Positions 18,190 to 27,663 are shown, numbered from the stretch's first letter. The stretch: DNA of 64,000 bases from an uncultured Lentisphaeria bacterium (GCA_964454335.1 CAYVVT010000003.1:203316-267315), one strand, 5' to 3'. Numbers and translations: made by a program. The notes: a model not told the origin generated them from the sequence alone.

Positions 18190-19794
18190 ATGCTTACAGC
18201 GATAGTGAAACACCTGAAAACCTTCAGGTATGCGTGGATTCTGGGGCTAATCTGGACTGCCATCGCATCTGCCTCACTCATACACAATATCAACAGGATC
18301 AACACCAATATCGTGAAGGGAGCAACTCTTCAGGCCTTGATCGCTTATGAGGAAGATATTTCCTACAGGCGCTGGAATGCGAACCATGGTGGTGTTTATG
18401 TGCCCGTGAGCGACATCGCCGTTCCGAACAAATATCTGGAAGGGATACCAGGACGTATAATTATCTCCACCGAGGGAGATACCCTTACCTTGATGAATCC
18501 CGCTTATATGACCCGTCAGGTCAATGAGATAGAATTACTGAGCATGGGGGTTATTTCTAATCTCACCAGCCTCAATCCAGTACGTCCGGGGAACAAAGCA
18601 GATGATTGGGAAACCAGAGCACTCCAGTCCATGGATGCGGGTGAAATTGAAATCACTGAAACGGTTCCCTGGAACGGGCAGGAGTTCTTCCGTTTCATGC
18701 GACCTTTGTATACCGAGAGGTCCTGTTTGAAATGTCATGCCCAACATGGGTTCAGTGAAGGTGACTTGCGTGGCGGGATCAGCATCAGTATTCCTATGCA
18801 GCATCTGCACGAGCTGGGTGTTCAGGATCGCAGAAGAACTGCACAGTGGCATGTGACCTTCTGGCTTCTTGGATCTATGGGAATTTTCGCTGGAACAGTC
18901 AGTCTCAGGAATAAGGAACTGCAAAGGATCAAGGCTTACAAAGAAGTAAGCCGGTCTGAAAAGAAGTACCGCAGTGTCGCAACCGAGCTGGACATTAAGA
19001 ATACTGAGTTAGAGAAGGCCTATCAGATCATTCAGAAACAGAAGGAGCGCATGGAGGATGAACTAACCGTCGGGCATGAGATCCAGATGAGTATGCTTCC
19101 GCTGATCTTTCCTGCATTTCCTGACCATGACGAATTTGAGGTCTTTGCTCAACTGGAACCAGCACGGGAAGTAGGCGGTGATTTTTATGATTTTTATCTC
19201 CTGGACGAAGAACATTTCTGCTTCTGTATCGGTGACGTGTCAGGGAAGGGTGTTCCTGCGGCCTTGTTCATGGCTGTTAGCAAAACCCTGATCAAATCCC
19301 AAGCAGCCGAGAGTCTATCGACTGCAAAGATCCTCACGCAGGTGAATCGGGAACTCAGTAAGGATAACACGACGGATATGTTCGTCACTCTCTTCATCTG
19401 CATTCTGAACATTAGAACAGGACAATTGCTCTATACGAACGCAGGACATAACCCACCTTACCTGAAACATGCCATGAGTGAGCGTCTCACCCGTTTAGAC
19501 AAAAGACACGGTACGATCCTGGGTGTCATTGAAGATCAGACCTATGAAGAAGCCCGTATTCAACTGGAGGTCGGAGATTCAATCCTTCTCTATACCGATG
19601 GTGTCACTGAGGCTGTCAATCCTAAGGATATCCAATACTCCGAAGAGAGCCTGGTGCGGTTACTGGAATCCAGGGATTTTAACTCAGTGAAAGATCTTGT
19701 GGCCTCTGTAATGAAATCAGTAACAGATTTTGAAGCAGGTGCCGAGAGAGCTGATGATATTACTATACTTGCAGTTGAATTTCAGGATCATTAA
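18190..19794 (+). CDS. Membrane-bound PP2C/SpoIIE (RsbU-type) phosphatase with a periplasmic haem-c (Tll0287/DUF3365-like) sensor
   Basis: Two TM helices flank YRRWNANHGGVY...MNPAYMTRQ...CLKCH...GGISISIP; PP2C motifs EVGGDFYD, IGDVSGKGVPAALFMA, NAGHNPP, LYTDGVTEA, DDITIL. Confidence 0.92.
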   Translation: MLTAIVKHLKTFRYAWILGLIWTAIASASLIHNINRINTNIVKGATLQALIAYEEDISYRRWNANHGGVYVPVSDIAVPNKYLEGIPGRIIISTEGDTLTLMNPAYMTRQVNEIELLSMGVISNLTSLNPVRPGNKADDWETRALQSMDAGEIEITETVPWNGQEFFRFMRPLYTERSCLKCHAQHGFSEGDLRGGISISIPMQHLHELGVQDRRRTAQWHVTFWLLGSMGIFAGTVSLRNKELQRIKAYKEVSRSEKKYRSVATELDIKNTELEKAYQIIQKQKERMEDELTVGHEIQMSMLPLIFPAFPDHDEFEVFAQLEPAREVGGDFYDFYLLDEEHFCFCIGDVSGKGVPAALFMAVSKTLIKSQAAESLSTAKILTQVNRELSKDNTTDMFVTLFICILNIRTGQLLYTNAGHNPPYLKHAMSERLTRLDKRHGTILGVIEDQTYEEARIQLEVGDSILLYTDGVTEAVNPKDIQYSEESLVRLLESRDFNSVKDLVASVMKSVTDFEAGAERADDITILAVEFQDH

Positions 19795-19843
19795 ATACCC
19801 AAATCCAACTTCTTCATAAGGTTAATATTTCATCGATACTGCT

Positions 19844-19870
19844 GTAAAGCTCTGATATACAGCATGTTAC
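19844..19870. repeat. 27-bp palindromic intergenic motif, copy 3
   Basis: GTAAAGCTCTGATATACAGCATGTTAC, followed by AAAATA as in copy 2. Confidence 0.6.
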
Positions 19871-20062
19871 AAAATAGAGCTAATGCTACCAGCTCATTCG
19901 CTTGAGTTGCAGACGCTCAGATACAATTGCTTCGATGCTGCGTTCACTTAAACTGGATCAGAAGGTCAGGAGCAAAAGGCGATCAGCGCAGTGTAGCCAG
20001 GGTTGGTACCTGCTCAAAGATTACACGGACTGGCAGGGTACAAGGGACCGTTCACCCGAGGC

Positions 20063-20254
20063 CTATCCCCTCGTCAGATAAACCACTCTCCGGACCAGGC
20101 CAATGATCGAACCCACGATCAGCATGGCGCCAGCCACCTTGAGTGCTTCTATGTAGAATGCGATGCCTGCCACGATGTAAAAGGTGAACCTGGTGGCGCC
20201 GAACCAGGTGAATTCGTTGGTCATTGCCTCTCGTTTCCGTACTTCATCAGTCAT
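20063..20254 (-). CDS. Small hypothetical membrane protein (two hydrophobic segments)
   Basis: 63 aa from ATG 20254 with GAGGG upstream; directly downstream of the ceramidase-like gene. Confidence 0.55.
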   Translation of the reverse strand: MTDEVRKREAMTNEFTWFGATRFTFYIVAGIAFYIEALKVAGAMLIVGSIIGLVRRVVYLTRG

Positions 20255-20272
20255 TTTCAATCCCTCACATTT

Positions 20273-21778
20273 CTATTTTTTCTTCACTCGTGGCGCCAAT
20301 CGGTACCATGGTTTCTCCGGAGGTGCCACCATTTCTGCGTGTGTCTCTGCGACACGCGTGCCGGCATTCTTCCCAAAGAGAGAGCCGCAGATCTCGTACC
20401 CTCCCCGTTTGTACTGCTCAGGGGTTGTAAAATACCCCAGATGTCCATTCGTCAGACCCAGGATCCACGTGTGCGGATAGCCCTCCGCCAGGATCTGCTG
20501 TTTCAAGCGCATGCCCAGAATTGATGTTGGTTCGCCAGGCCAGGTGCACATGAGGATGTCCCCGATCTTCACCTGGGTTAGCTCGGCTGAGGCTGGAAAG
20601 ACGCTTTTCAGGGGCACTTTGAGATCCGGGAACAGTCGCTGCAGACACCTCGTCGTATCCTTGGTACAGTTCCAGACATGTATCATGGGTGGAGAGAAGC
20701 GGATGTTTGTGCTGGTGACCTCCCAATCCTGTTCACATTCCTCGAAATTCGCCAGATTGATCTGGAACTGATCTGCAAACAGGCCTCCCAGAGAATCAAT
20801 GGCTCTGTGGCCATGGTCTGCAGGTTGGATATCACCCTCAGCGCCGTTCAGGAAGAGGAGTTCCACCTTCCGGTGAGATTCGCCCTTTGCAGGGAGAATG
20901 GCTTCCGATGCCCGCTCGATGCCACCGGGTAAGTCTGCGCTGAACTTCAGGTTCCCAGCCCCCAGGCAGGTCCCGTGCACGGCGATGTTCACCAGGCCCC
21001 CCTGCCAGCCACCCTTTTCTGAGTAGGCCAGAAGGACGTTGGCAACAGAATCGACCGGGCTGCCATCCTTGCGTCGGTTCTTCTGCACGTGCTGGGTTGG
21101 AAAATCTCCATGATACAGCGTCACTGGCTTCAGATCCTGCTGGGCCCGTTTAACCACTTCAGCGCAAGTTTCAGTGAGGAGGTTCAGGATGTCGGGTTGA
21201 TACTTGTCGGCAGCGATGGCGCCCCACAGTTTGCTCTTGCTCAGTGTCCCGGGCCCACTATGGGTATGTGTGGCGGAGATCAGGATATCATCGATCTCTA
21301 TCGCATGGGCCAGCAGCTGTTTCTCGATCTTCCCGGCCATCCAGGCTGTCACCGCCACCACGTCCAGGCTCATGAACAGGAGTTCCCGCTCACCCTTCTG
21401 CAGCAGCATGGCCTTGACATGGATGGAATCCAGGACTCCTTCGGCCGGTTTGAAATGGGTGGCGTAGCCGTGGTGATGGTGAATGCCCCATTTCTTGATG
21501 GGTTTCCGTCGCTTTGGACTGCCATATCCGGCTAGGGGAACGCCCTCCGGGAGCTCCAGGGCCATGGCTGCAACGCCGGCGTACAATTGTGTGGCGGCGG
21601 TATCACTCTTCATTTGTAGCTCTGGTTGCTTTGCCCTTTTGAAAAGCGAGAAGCGTTTCTGTTGTCTCAGCGAATCTGTCGATCCGCTTGATCGATTCGC
21701 GGGATTGGGCTCAGAAAACTGCTTCGCATTTACCGCGAAAACCAGCGTCAGACTGAATAATACTACGCGTAACATCAT
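20273..21778 (-). CDS. Secreted neutral/alkaline ceramidase N-terminal-domain protein
   Basis: Signal peptide (..VFAVNA), PLAGYG, ATHTHSGPG, AVHGT, SADLPG, NGAEGD, PGEPT, GLTNGHLGY, GGYE. Confidence 0.85.
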   Translation of the reverse strand: MMLRVVLFSLTLVFAVNAKQFSEPNPANRSSGSTDSLRQQKRFSLFKRAKQPELQMKSDTAATQLYAGVAAMALELPEGVPLAGYGSPKRRKPIKKWGIHHHHGYATHFKPAEGVLDSIHVKAMLLQKGERELLFMSLDVVAVTAWMAGKIEKQLLAHAIEIDDILISATHTHSGPGTLSKSKLWGAIAADKYQPDILNLLTETCAEVVKRAQQDLKPVTLYHGDFPTQHVQKNRRKDGSPVDSVANVLLAYSEKGGWQGGLVNIAVHGTCLGAGNLKFSADLPGGIERASEAILPAKGESHRKVELLFLNGAEGDIQPADHGHRAIDSLGGLFADQFQINLANFEECEQDWEVTSTNIRFSPPMIHVWNCTKDTTRCLQRLFPDLKVPLKSVFPASAELTQVKIGDILMCTWPGEPTSILGMRLKQQILAEGYPHTWILGLTNGHLGYFTTPEQYKRGGYEICGSLFGKNAGTRVAETHAEMVAPPEKPWYRLAPRVKKK

Positions 21779-21892
21779 AAGTGTCGTCCCCAATGGTATC
21801 CGTTAATGAATAAGTGCAAGATATGAGAGATGATCTGAATATCCACTGCTAAGCATGGATCGAGCCATACGATTCCGCTATCTCACATGCTA

Positions 21893-21931
21893 GAAGCAGA
21901 AGCCCCCGTCATCGACGGGGGCTTCTGCTTC
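21893..21931. terminator. 18-bp-stem hairpin after the MMPL gene (probable terminator)
   Basis: GAAGCAGAAGCCCCCGTC-ATC-GACGGGGGCTTCTGCTTC, 10 nt past the MMPL stop; no clear U-tract. Confidence 0.65.
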
Positions 21932-21941
21932 ACCTGATGTT

Positions 21942-24746
21942 CTATTCTTCCGGAGATTCAGCAGGAATATCCACAGGTTCTTCCGCCTCAACCTGAGCAG
22001 GCCCTTTTCTGTCTAGGATGTAACCACCCATACCTGCCAACACCGGGATCACCAGCGTGGTGGCAAGAAAACAGGCCCCGACACCGATGAGCAGTGTGAT
22101 GCCCAGATCGCCTATCCCGGCCATGCGGGCAAACCACAGAGACCCGAACGCCAGCATCGTGGTCAGTGATGTTAGCAGGATGGCTCGACCGGTGGAGGCG
22201 AAGACGATCTTATGTGCTTTCCGTCCCTCCACATTATAACGGTGGATGATATGGACACCGTCATCGATACCGATACCGATGATGATGGGTACCGCGTAGA
22301 TCCCCACCAGGGTGAGCATCATTCCAGCGAGATCCATGATCCCCAGCATGATCAGCACACCAAAGATTAGAGGTACAATGGCCAGCAGCGCTTTCCAGAT
22401 GCTGCGGAAGTCGGCCAGCAACAGCAGGAAGATGAGTACCAGAGCGATCTGCATGGCAAATTTACCATCAGTCATCATTCCGGTAAGCAGTGCGTGATAG
22501 ACAACTGCCATACCCGTGGCCCGAGGACTGACCTTCTTCATATCCTCTACCAGCAGCTCCATGTACTGCCGGTCCCATATGTTCTCCCGAGAAAAAACGT
22601 AGATAAGGAAATGCTTTCCTGATTTACCGACATACTGGTCGCTGATCTCCCGGGGCAGGGATTCGATGGTGAGGGTTTCCGTATTGGCCATACGCAGCAC
22701 CGCCGGTTTGAAATGCTCGGCAAATTGTTGGTGGAACAGCTGTACATCAGCAGGTGTCACCGAGTCCTGTGAGGTCAACTTCTCGCGGAGCTGTGAAAGA
22801 TTTCCGACTGAGATATCAGCCATACTGGGTCTCAATTCCTTGTGCAATGCAACGATGGAGGAATCCTCTGCGTCATGGATGACACCAACCAGCAGTCCGG
22901 CCTTGAGATAGACCTTGTCCTGGCCACCGATGAGGGCCATGGTCTGGATTTCCATGACATTGGCCTCCAAGCGCTCCACCTCGGCCACCAACCGGTCAAG
23001 CTCTTCCTGTGTCACAGTCAGTTTGATCCTGGCATCCGCCATGGCCTGGTGCACCTCGGCGACGAGAGCTTTGCGCTTCTCCTGCTCCCCTTCCGGTGGT
23101 AGCAGGTCTACAATTGATCTTACCACACCTACGGTTTCGGCGTCCCTGGCCTTCTCGGTAAGTTCATATGCTTCTTCAAGTGTGGTTGCCGTGACCATGG
23201 CATTGTCTGGATCCATATTGAAGGTTTCGATCATCCGATCCTGCAGCTCCATGGATTTGAGCCCCTTGGGCAGCAGGTTCCGGCTGTCATAATCCACCTC
23301 CAGCTGAAATCCCCGGTATGCAAAGAAAACAACGATGATCGCCACAGCAAAGATGGTGAATACCCAATTCCGTGAGAGCCACTGTGCAAAAGAACCCAGG
23401 AAGCCATATGAGATATCACGAGGTGTCTTCTGTGGAGCGTTCCTGCGTATCCGGCTCCAGAAACGTTCCCGGAGGACCAGCAGCATCGGCAGGGCTGTGA
23501 TGGCGGCTAGCATTGTCATAAGCAGACCGCCCCCGAGAACCAGCCCGAATTGTCGCATACCGTCGGTACGGGCAAAGATGAGGGTCATGAATGCGATTGC
23601 AGTTGTAAAACCACCTGTGATAATGCCTTTACCTGAACGGGTCAGGGCTGCGTTCATTGAAACGAGGACATCCTCCCCTTTTGCCCTCCACTCGGTATAT
23701 ACAGCTATGATATGAATGGAGAAATCGATACCCAGACCAACCAGCATGGCTCCCATCATGGCGGTGAGCATATTGAGTTGTCCAGCCAGTGGATAGGCCA
23801 GACCCATGGCCCAGATAACACCAAAAATGACAGTAAACACGGCCAGGAAGGGGGCGATGATCATTCTGAACGCTACCATAAACAGGATGAGTACACCTGC
23901 CAAAGCGGCCAGGGTGATGACGATCATATCGGTACTGATCGCCGCCATCTTGTCCCGCCCGATGACAATGGAACCGGTTAGTCCAGCATCCACACCGAAT
24001 TTCTCTGCAATTGGCCACATCACGGCTTCGATGGAATCCGGGCATTCAACCATTGGATCGAGATCGTAAATGGTGAAGGTGGTCATCACCTGGAAGATCA
24101 TCATCCTGCGGTCCCAGCTCTGTGAATACCCACTGCCGAACAGGATAGCATTACTGGCCGCTGCGCCAGCGCCATCCGTCTGATTTTCCAGGGCATCATC
24201 GAATGCGTCCACCCAGGTCTGGATACCGTCTAGGAACCTCACTGCTCCGTGCTCCTGTTCCAGGTTGGAGATCTGCTCTTCGCTCTGGATGTATTCCTTC
24301 TCAAAACTGTCATTGAGATTGGTCAGAAATCCAGACAGGTTGGGATCTTCGAACAGTGATCGACTGTTCTCAAGATCTTTGGTCTTCATGAGCATCAGGG
24401 CATGGTCGGCGACAAAGTCCTGGGGGGCCTTGTAGATCACATCATTGATGTATTGTTCCAGACCCTCCACTGCGGGTACCACCTCTTCGGCAAAGGCCTG
24501 CAATGCATCAGCGTCCCCCTCCGCTACGATGTAGAGAGTGGAAGTAGCGTTATATTCCTCCGAGATGGTATTCAGCTCCATGATAGAGGGATCATCCTGG
24601 GGCATCATGTCCTGGTACTCCGTTGAAATGGACAACTCTCCCATGAGGCCCATGCAGATGACAGTGACGATGCCGATCCATAGGAACATCCACCATGGAC
24701 TGTTCACGACATAACTGGCGATTGCAGATAAGAAGCGATCACGCAT
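21942..24746 (-). CDS. MMPL/RND-family transporter (HpnN-like)
   Basis: Two 6-TM halves with GLGIDFSIHI and GIGIDDGVHIIHRY, TSLTTMLAFGSL; large periplasmic loops. Confidence 0.88.
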   Translation of the reverse strand: MRDRFLSAIASYVVNSPWWMFLWIGIVTVICMGLMGELSISTEYQDMMPQDDPSIMELNTISEEYNATSTLYIVAEGDADALQAFAEEVVPAVEGLEQYINDVIYKAPQDFVADHALMLMKTKDLENSRSLFEDPNLSGFLTNLNDSFEKEYIQSEEQISNLEQEHGAVRFLDGIQTWVDAFDDALENQTDGAGAAASNAILFGSGYSQSWDRRMMIFQVMTTFTIYDLDPMVECPDSIEAVMWPIAEKFGVDAGLTGSIVIGRDKMAAISTDMIVITLAALAGVLILFMVAFRMIIAPFLAVFTVIFGVIWAMGLAYPLAGQLNMLTAMMGAMLVGLGIDFSIHIIAVYTEWRAKGEDVLVSMNAALTRSGKGIITGGFTTAIAFMTLIFARTDGMRQFGLVLGGGLLMTMLAAITALPMLLVLRERFWSRIRRNAPQKTPRDISYGFLGSFAQWLSRNWVFTIFAVAIIVVFFAYRGFQLEVDYDSRNLLPKGLKSMELQDRMIETFNMDPDNAMVTATTLEEAYELTEKARDAETVGVVRSIVDLLPPEGEQEKRKALVAEVHQAMADARIKLTVTQEELDRLVAEVERLEANVMEIQTMALIGGQDKVYLKAGLLVGVIHDAEDSSIVALHKELRPSMADISVGNLSQLREKLTSQDSVTPADVQLFHQQFAEHFKPAVLRMANTETLTIESLPREISDQYVGKSGKHFLIYVFSRENIWDRQYMELLVEDMKKVSPRATGMAVVYHALLTGMMTDGKFAMQIALVLIFLLLLADFRSIWKALLAIVPLIFGVLIMLGIMDLAGMMLTLVGIYAVPIIIGIGIDDGVHIIHRYNVEGRKAHKIVFASTGRAILLTSLTTMLAFGSLWFARMAGIGDLGITLLIGVGACFLATTLVIPVLAGMGGYILDRKGPAQVEAEEPVDIPAESPEE

Positions 24747-24955
24747 GAGGTTTCCCCTTTCCTCTTCTTCTGTAGATCCGATGTGCGTAGAAGTTAATTC
24801 CGGCCGGTCCTTAATTCAGCAAAAAGCCAGGTTGAATGGCCACCAGCCATGACAAAAAAAATAGACATCGGCAGTTCTACCTATCCAGGGACGATGGCTG
24901 TTTGTTCCAGCCTGATATCACCATAACTTTGCATCATCGATACAAGGGGGTGATC

Positions 24956-25558
24956 ATGCGGTCCAGTATCCTTCCAATCAGGCCTAATCTCGCGCAATTG
25001 ACGATTCTGCTAATGATCTCAAACGTCATTCTCGGACAGAATTTTGATCCACTGACCGGAGAACGTATTCAGCTAGAATCTGATACGCTCTTCACTGAGG
25101 AGATTCTAGAGCAACCGATCCCAGCGGAAGCCGACACGCTCATGTTCGATCCATTTACAGGAATGCCGGTAACAGAACCACCTCAAATGCAGACTGAACA
25201 AGCAATCCTCTCCACAGAACCTCCAACAGCATTGCAGTTCGATCCGGTTACTGGTGCGCCCCTGGGAGCTTCTCCCGTATTGGACGCCTGTGAGCAGGCC
25301 AGGATAGACGCTAAAGTTGGCACTTCCCCGCTATGGTACGGTGGCGGGATCATTTACTTTGTTGGCGTACCCGCATATTTGTTATTCCCGCCAGAACCAG
25401 ATCCGGCTGATCTGATAGGCTACGAGGGCCTTGAGGTTTTCCAGTATGAGAACTGTTACACAAAAGCTGCGAACAAATTAAGGCTGCAGCGCATGGGCAT
25501 CGGTTGCGGTGCATATGTGGTATTTCTCATGATCATGTTCTCAAGCGTGGGATATTGA
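24956..25558 (+). CDS. Hypothetical exported protein with three FDPxTG repeats and a C-terminal membrane domain
   Basis: RBS AGGGGG before ATG 24956, signal-like N-terminus, FDPLTG/FDPFTG/FDPVTG. Confidence 0.75.
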   Translation: MRSSILPIRPNLAQLTILLMISNVILGQNFDPLTGERIQLESDTLFTEEILEQPIPAEADTLMFDPFTGMPVTEPPQMQTEQAILSTEPPTALQFDPVTGAPLGASPVLDACEQARIDAKVGTSPLWYGGGIIYFVGVPAYLLFPPEPDPADLIGYEGLEVFQYENCYTKAANKLRLQRMGIGCGAYVVFLMIMFSSVGY

Positions 25559-25827
25559 ATACCTAATTTTAAAAATATTATATGGTTGTAATCCGGAAAT
25601 CGAGGCTTATAATCCCGCCGAAAGAAAACTATGCTATCGATTATCCCCTTCCAGCCCAATTCCTAAGACCATCTATGCTCAGATCACAGATGTGTCCCTC
25701 AACGCCTTATGCGTTTGTGAAGATGTGGCTCTCGGTGGAAGAGAGAGTAGCACATCGAATGTCGTTTGTCATCGCCAGAGACGATTTTGATGTTACCTGA
25801 TCCTGGCGAAAAGAAGAGAGAACAGAC

Positions 25828-26082
25828 ATGAACATCTACTGTGGAAACCTGAGCTTCAACCTCAGCGAAGACGAACTGCGGAACGCTTTTGAAGAGTTCG
25901 GCGCCGTCGATTCAGCCCGCATCATCACCGATCGTGACTCCGGTCGCGCCAAGGGTTTCGGCTTTGTCGAAATGCCCAATGATGGTGAAGCAAAGGCAGC
26001 TATCGATGCTCTGAACGGCACTGAGCTGGGCGGTCGCAACATGAATGTTAACGAGGCTCGTCCCCGTCCCGATCGCCGCTAA
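25828..26082 (+). CDS. RNA-binding protein (single RRM)
   Basis: RNP2 IYCGNL, RNP1 KGFGFVEM, VNEARPR. Confidence 0.96.
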   Translation: MNIYCGNLSFNLSEDELRNAFEEFGAVDSARIITDRDSGRAKGFGFVEMPNDGEAKAAIDALNGTELGGRNMNVNEARPRPDRR

Positions 26083-26109
26083 GCAGCGTTCAGACATTCA
26101 ACCAGAATT

Positions 26110-26143
26110 AGCCGGAGTGGTGTGACTGCTCCGGCTTTTTTTT
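26110..26143 (+). terminator. Rho-independent terminator of the RRM gene
   Basis: AGCCGGAGTGGTGTGACTGCTCCGGCT followed by a T run. Confidence 0.85.
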
Positions 26144-26187
26144 CGGCAGTAGCTTTTCTCGGTGGATCCAACACACCGTAACTGACC

Positions 26188-27651
26188 CTAATCCCGTTCC
26201 CGGAAGAAGTAGGTAACGCTTACCTCGTGGTATCCCCCACCACGCTCTTCATCATCCGGAACAACACCTGGATCCTTGAATTTCAGTGGACTGTCATCCA
26301 CACGTTTCAGCCATGGAATGACCTGATGGAATGAGTAAGCAAGGATGGATCGATCCATGACATATTCCAGTGGAGCCCGCAATTCCAGCACATGTAAATG
26401 GAACTGAAGCGGATAATCAATGGGTACGGACCGGATGTTGAATTCCAGCGCGGCCACCCCTGCCAGGCGCAGATCAAAATACCCATGTGCATAGGACAGT
26501 CGGGGCTTGCATCTGATCCTGCCCGATCCAACCAGGTAGCCCACATCCATACTCAGAGACCTACTCCAACCTGCCAGTTCTGCTTCCAGAGCATGTGCGA
26601 CGGGTAACAGGATATAACGCCCTAGTACCGGCGTTGTCAGTTCAGTTGCAGCCGCCCATCGGCTCATTCCCGCCCCGGCACCCAGTTCCAGTGATCCCAG
26701 GGAGCGGGATAGACTGAACCGTCCACCCAGACGGGATAGTCCAAACCACCCAAGATCAGCAAAATCGTCCCTGATCATCTCTGGTAATCTATTGTCAAGA
26801 TCCATTCTGAAACGCGTGCTGAAGAAGTTAAGACCCGGATGATACTCCCAGTGATCTGCCCCCACCTCGATCTCCAGAACATGATCTACAGTCTCACCGT
26901 CAAAGATGATCCTGCGTGAGCCCTGCAGCTCGTTGATATTGGAATTGTTCACATAGCTCAGCGCCGGATCGAATGTTTTACGTGAGTATCTGTAGCTCAC
27001 AGCAGTTTCAGACCCGCTGGATCCAGGATATGTCCCATAGACCACGGTCTGCAGTCGACGGAGGTCCCCGTCCAATGACAGCTCCGAACCAAAACTGGGT
27101 TCAAGCCAGTCCAGCAGGTACAGGTTCATGGCTTCATCCTCGGAGGTGGGAAATGAATTGATAGCCACTGGTGCAACCAGGTCCTGGCTCGATGTGCGGA
27201 TGCCTGCACCCCACAAGCTGCCACCGTTGGTGATCGCCAATTGGACCCAGATCTCAGACCCGGCCTGTTCATATTCCGAATTGAGGGCAACATGGGCACC
27301 TTCATTGGAATAGAATGTCCCCGGCCCATATATCCCTGCAAAGAGGCCATAGCCATAACCCGATCCTGGGTCAACCCTATTCATCTCCAGGCTTGAACGA
27401 TAGCCATAGAACGTATCGGTCTGTTTGCCTACAACTGATCGGCGATAGTAATCAGCATAATCATAACCGAGCTCGATGGAAGTGTATGGCTGCTCCAGAT
27501 CAGACCGATGGATACGCTTGATCTCGTGGTCATCGAGACTGTACGGCAGGATGCTGAATAATCCCTGCGACAGGACGCCGGAGGGCAGCATAAAGATGGA
27601 AAGGAGGAAGAGAGCGGGCGCTCTCCTCCTCCAGCTGGTTAAGGGAGTCAA
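26188..27651 (-). CDS. Hypothetical outer-membrane beta-barrel-like protein
   Basis: Signal peptide, alternating amphipathic strands, ends YHEVSVTYFFRERD; 12 nt downstream of the T9SS cargo gene. Confidence 0.65.
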   Translation of the reverse strand: MTPLTSWRRRAPALFLLSIFMLPSGVLSQGLFSILPYSLDDHEIKRIHRSDLEQPYTSIELGYDYADYYRRSVVGKQTDTFYGYRSSLEMNRVDPGSGYGYGLFAGIYGPGTFYSNEGAHVALNSEYEQAGSEIWVQLAITNGGSLWGAGIRTSSQDLVAPVAINSFPTSEDEAMNLYLLDWLEPSFGSELSLDGDLRRLQTVVYGTYPGSSGSETAVSYRYSRKTFDPALSYVNNSNINELQGSRRIIFDGETVDHVLEIEVGADHWEYHPGLNFFSTRFRMDLDNRLPEMIRDDFADLGWFGLSRLGGRFSLSRSLGSLELGAGAGMSRWAAATELTTPVLGRYILLPVAHALEAELAGWSRSLSMDVGYLVGSGRIRCKPRLSYAHGYFDLRLAGVAALEFNIRSVPIDYPLQFHLHVLELRAPLEYVMDRSILAYSFHQVIPWLKRVDDSPLKFKDPGVVPDDEERGGGYHEVSVTYFFRERD

Positions 27652-27663
27652 CTTGATTCTGAC

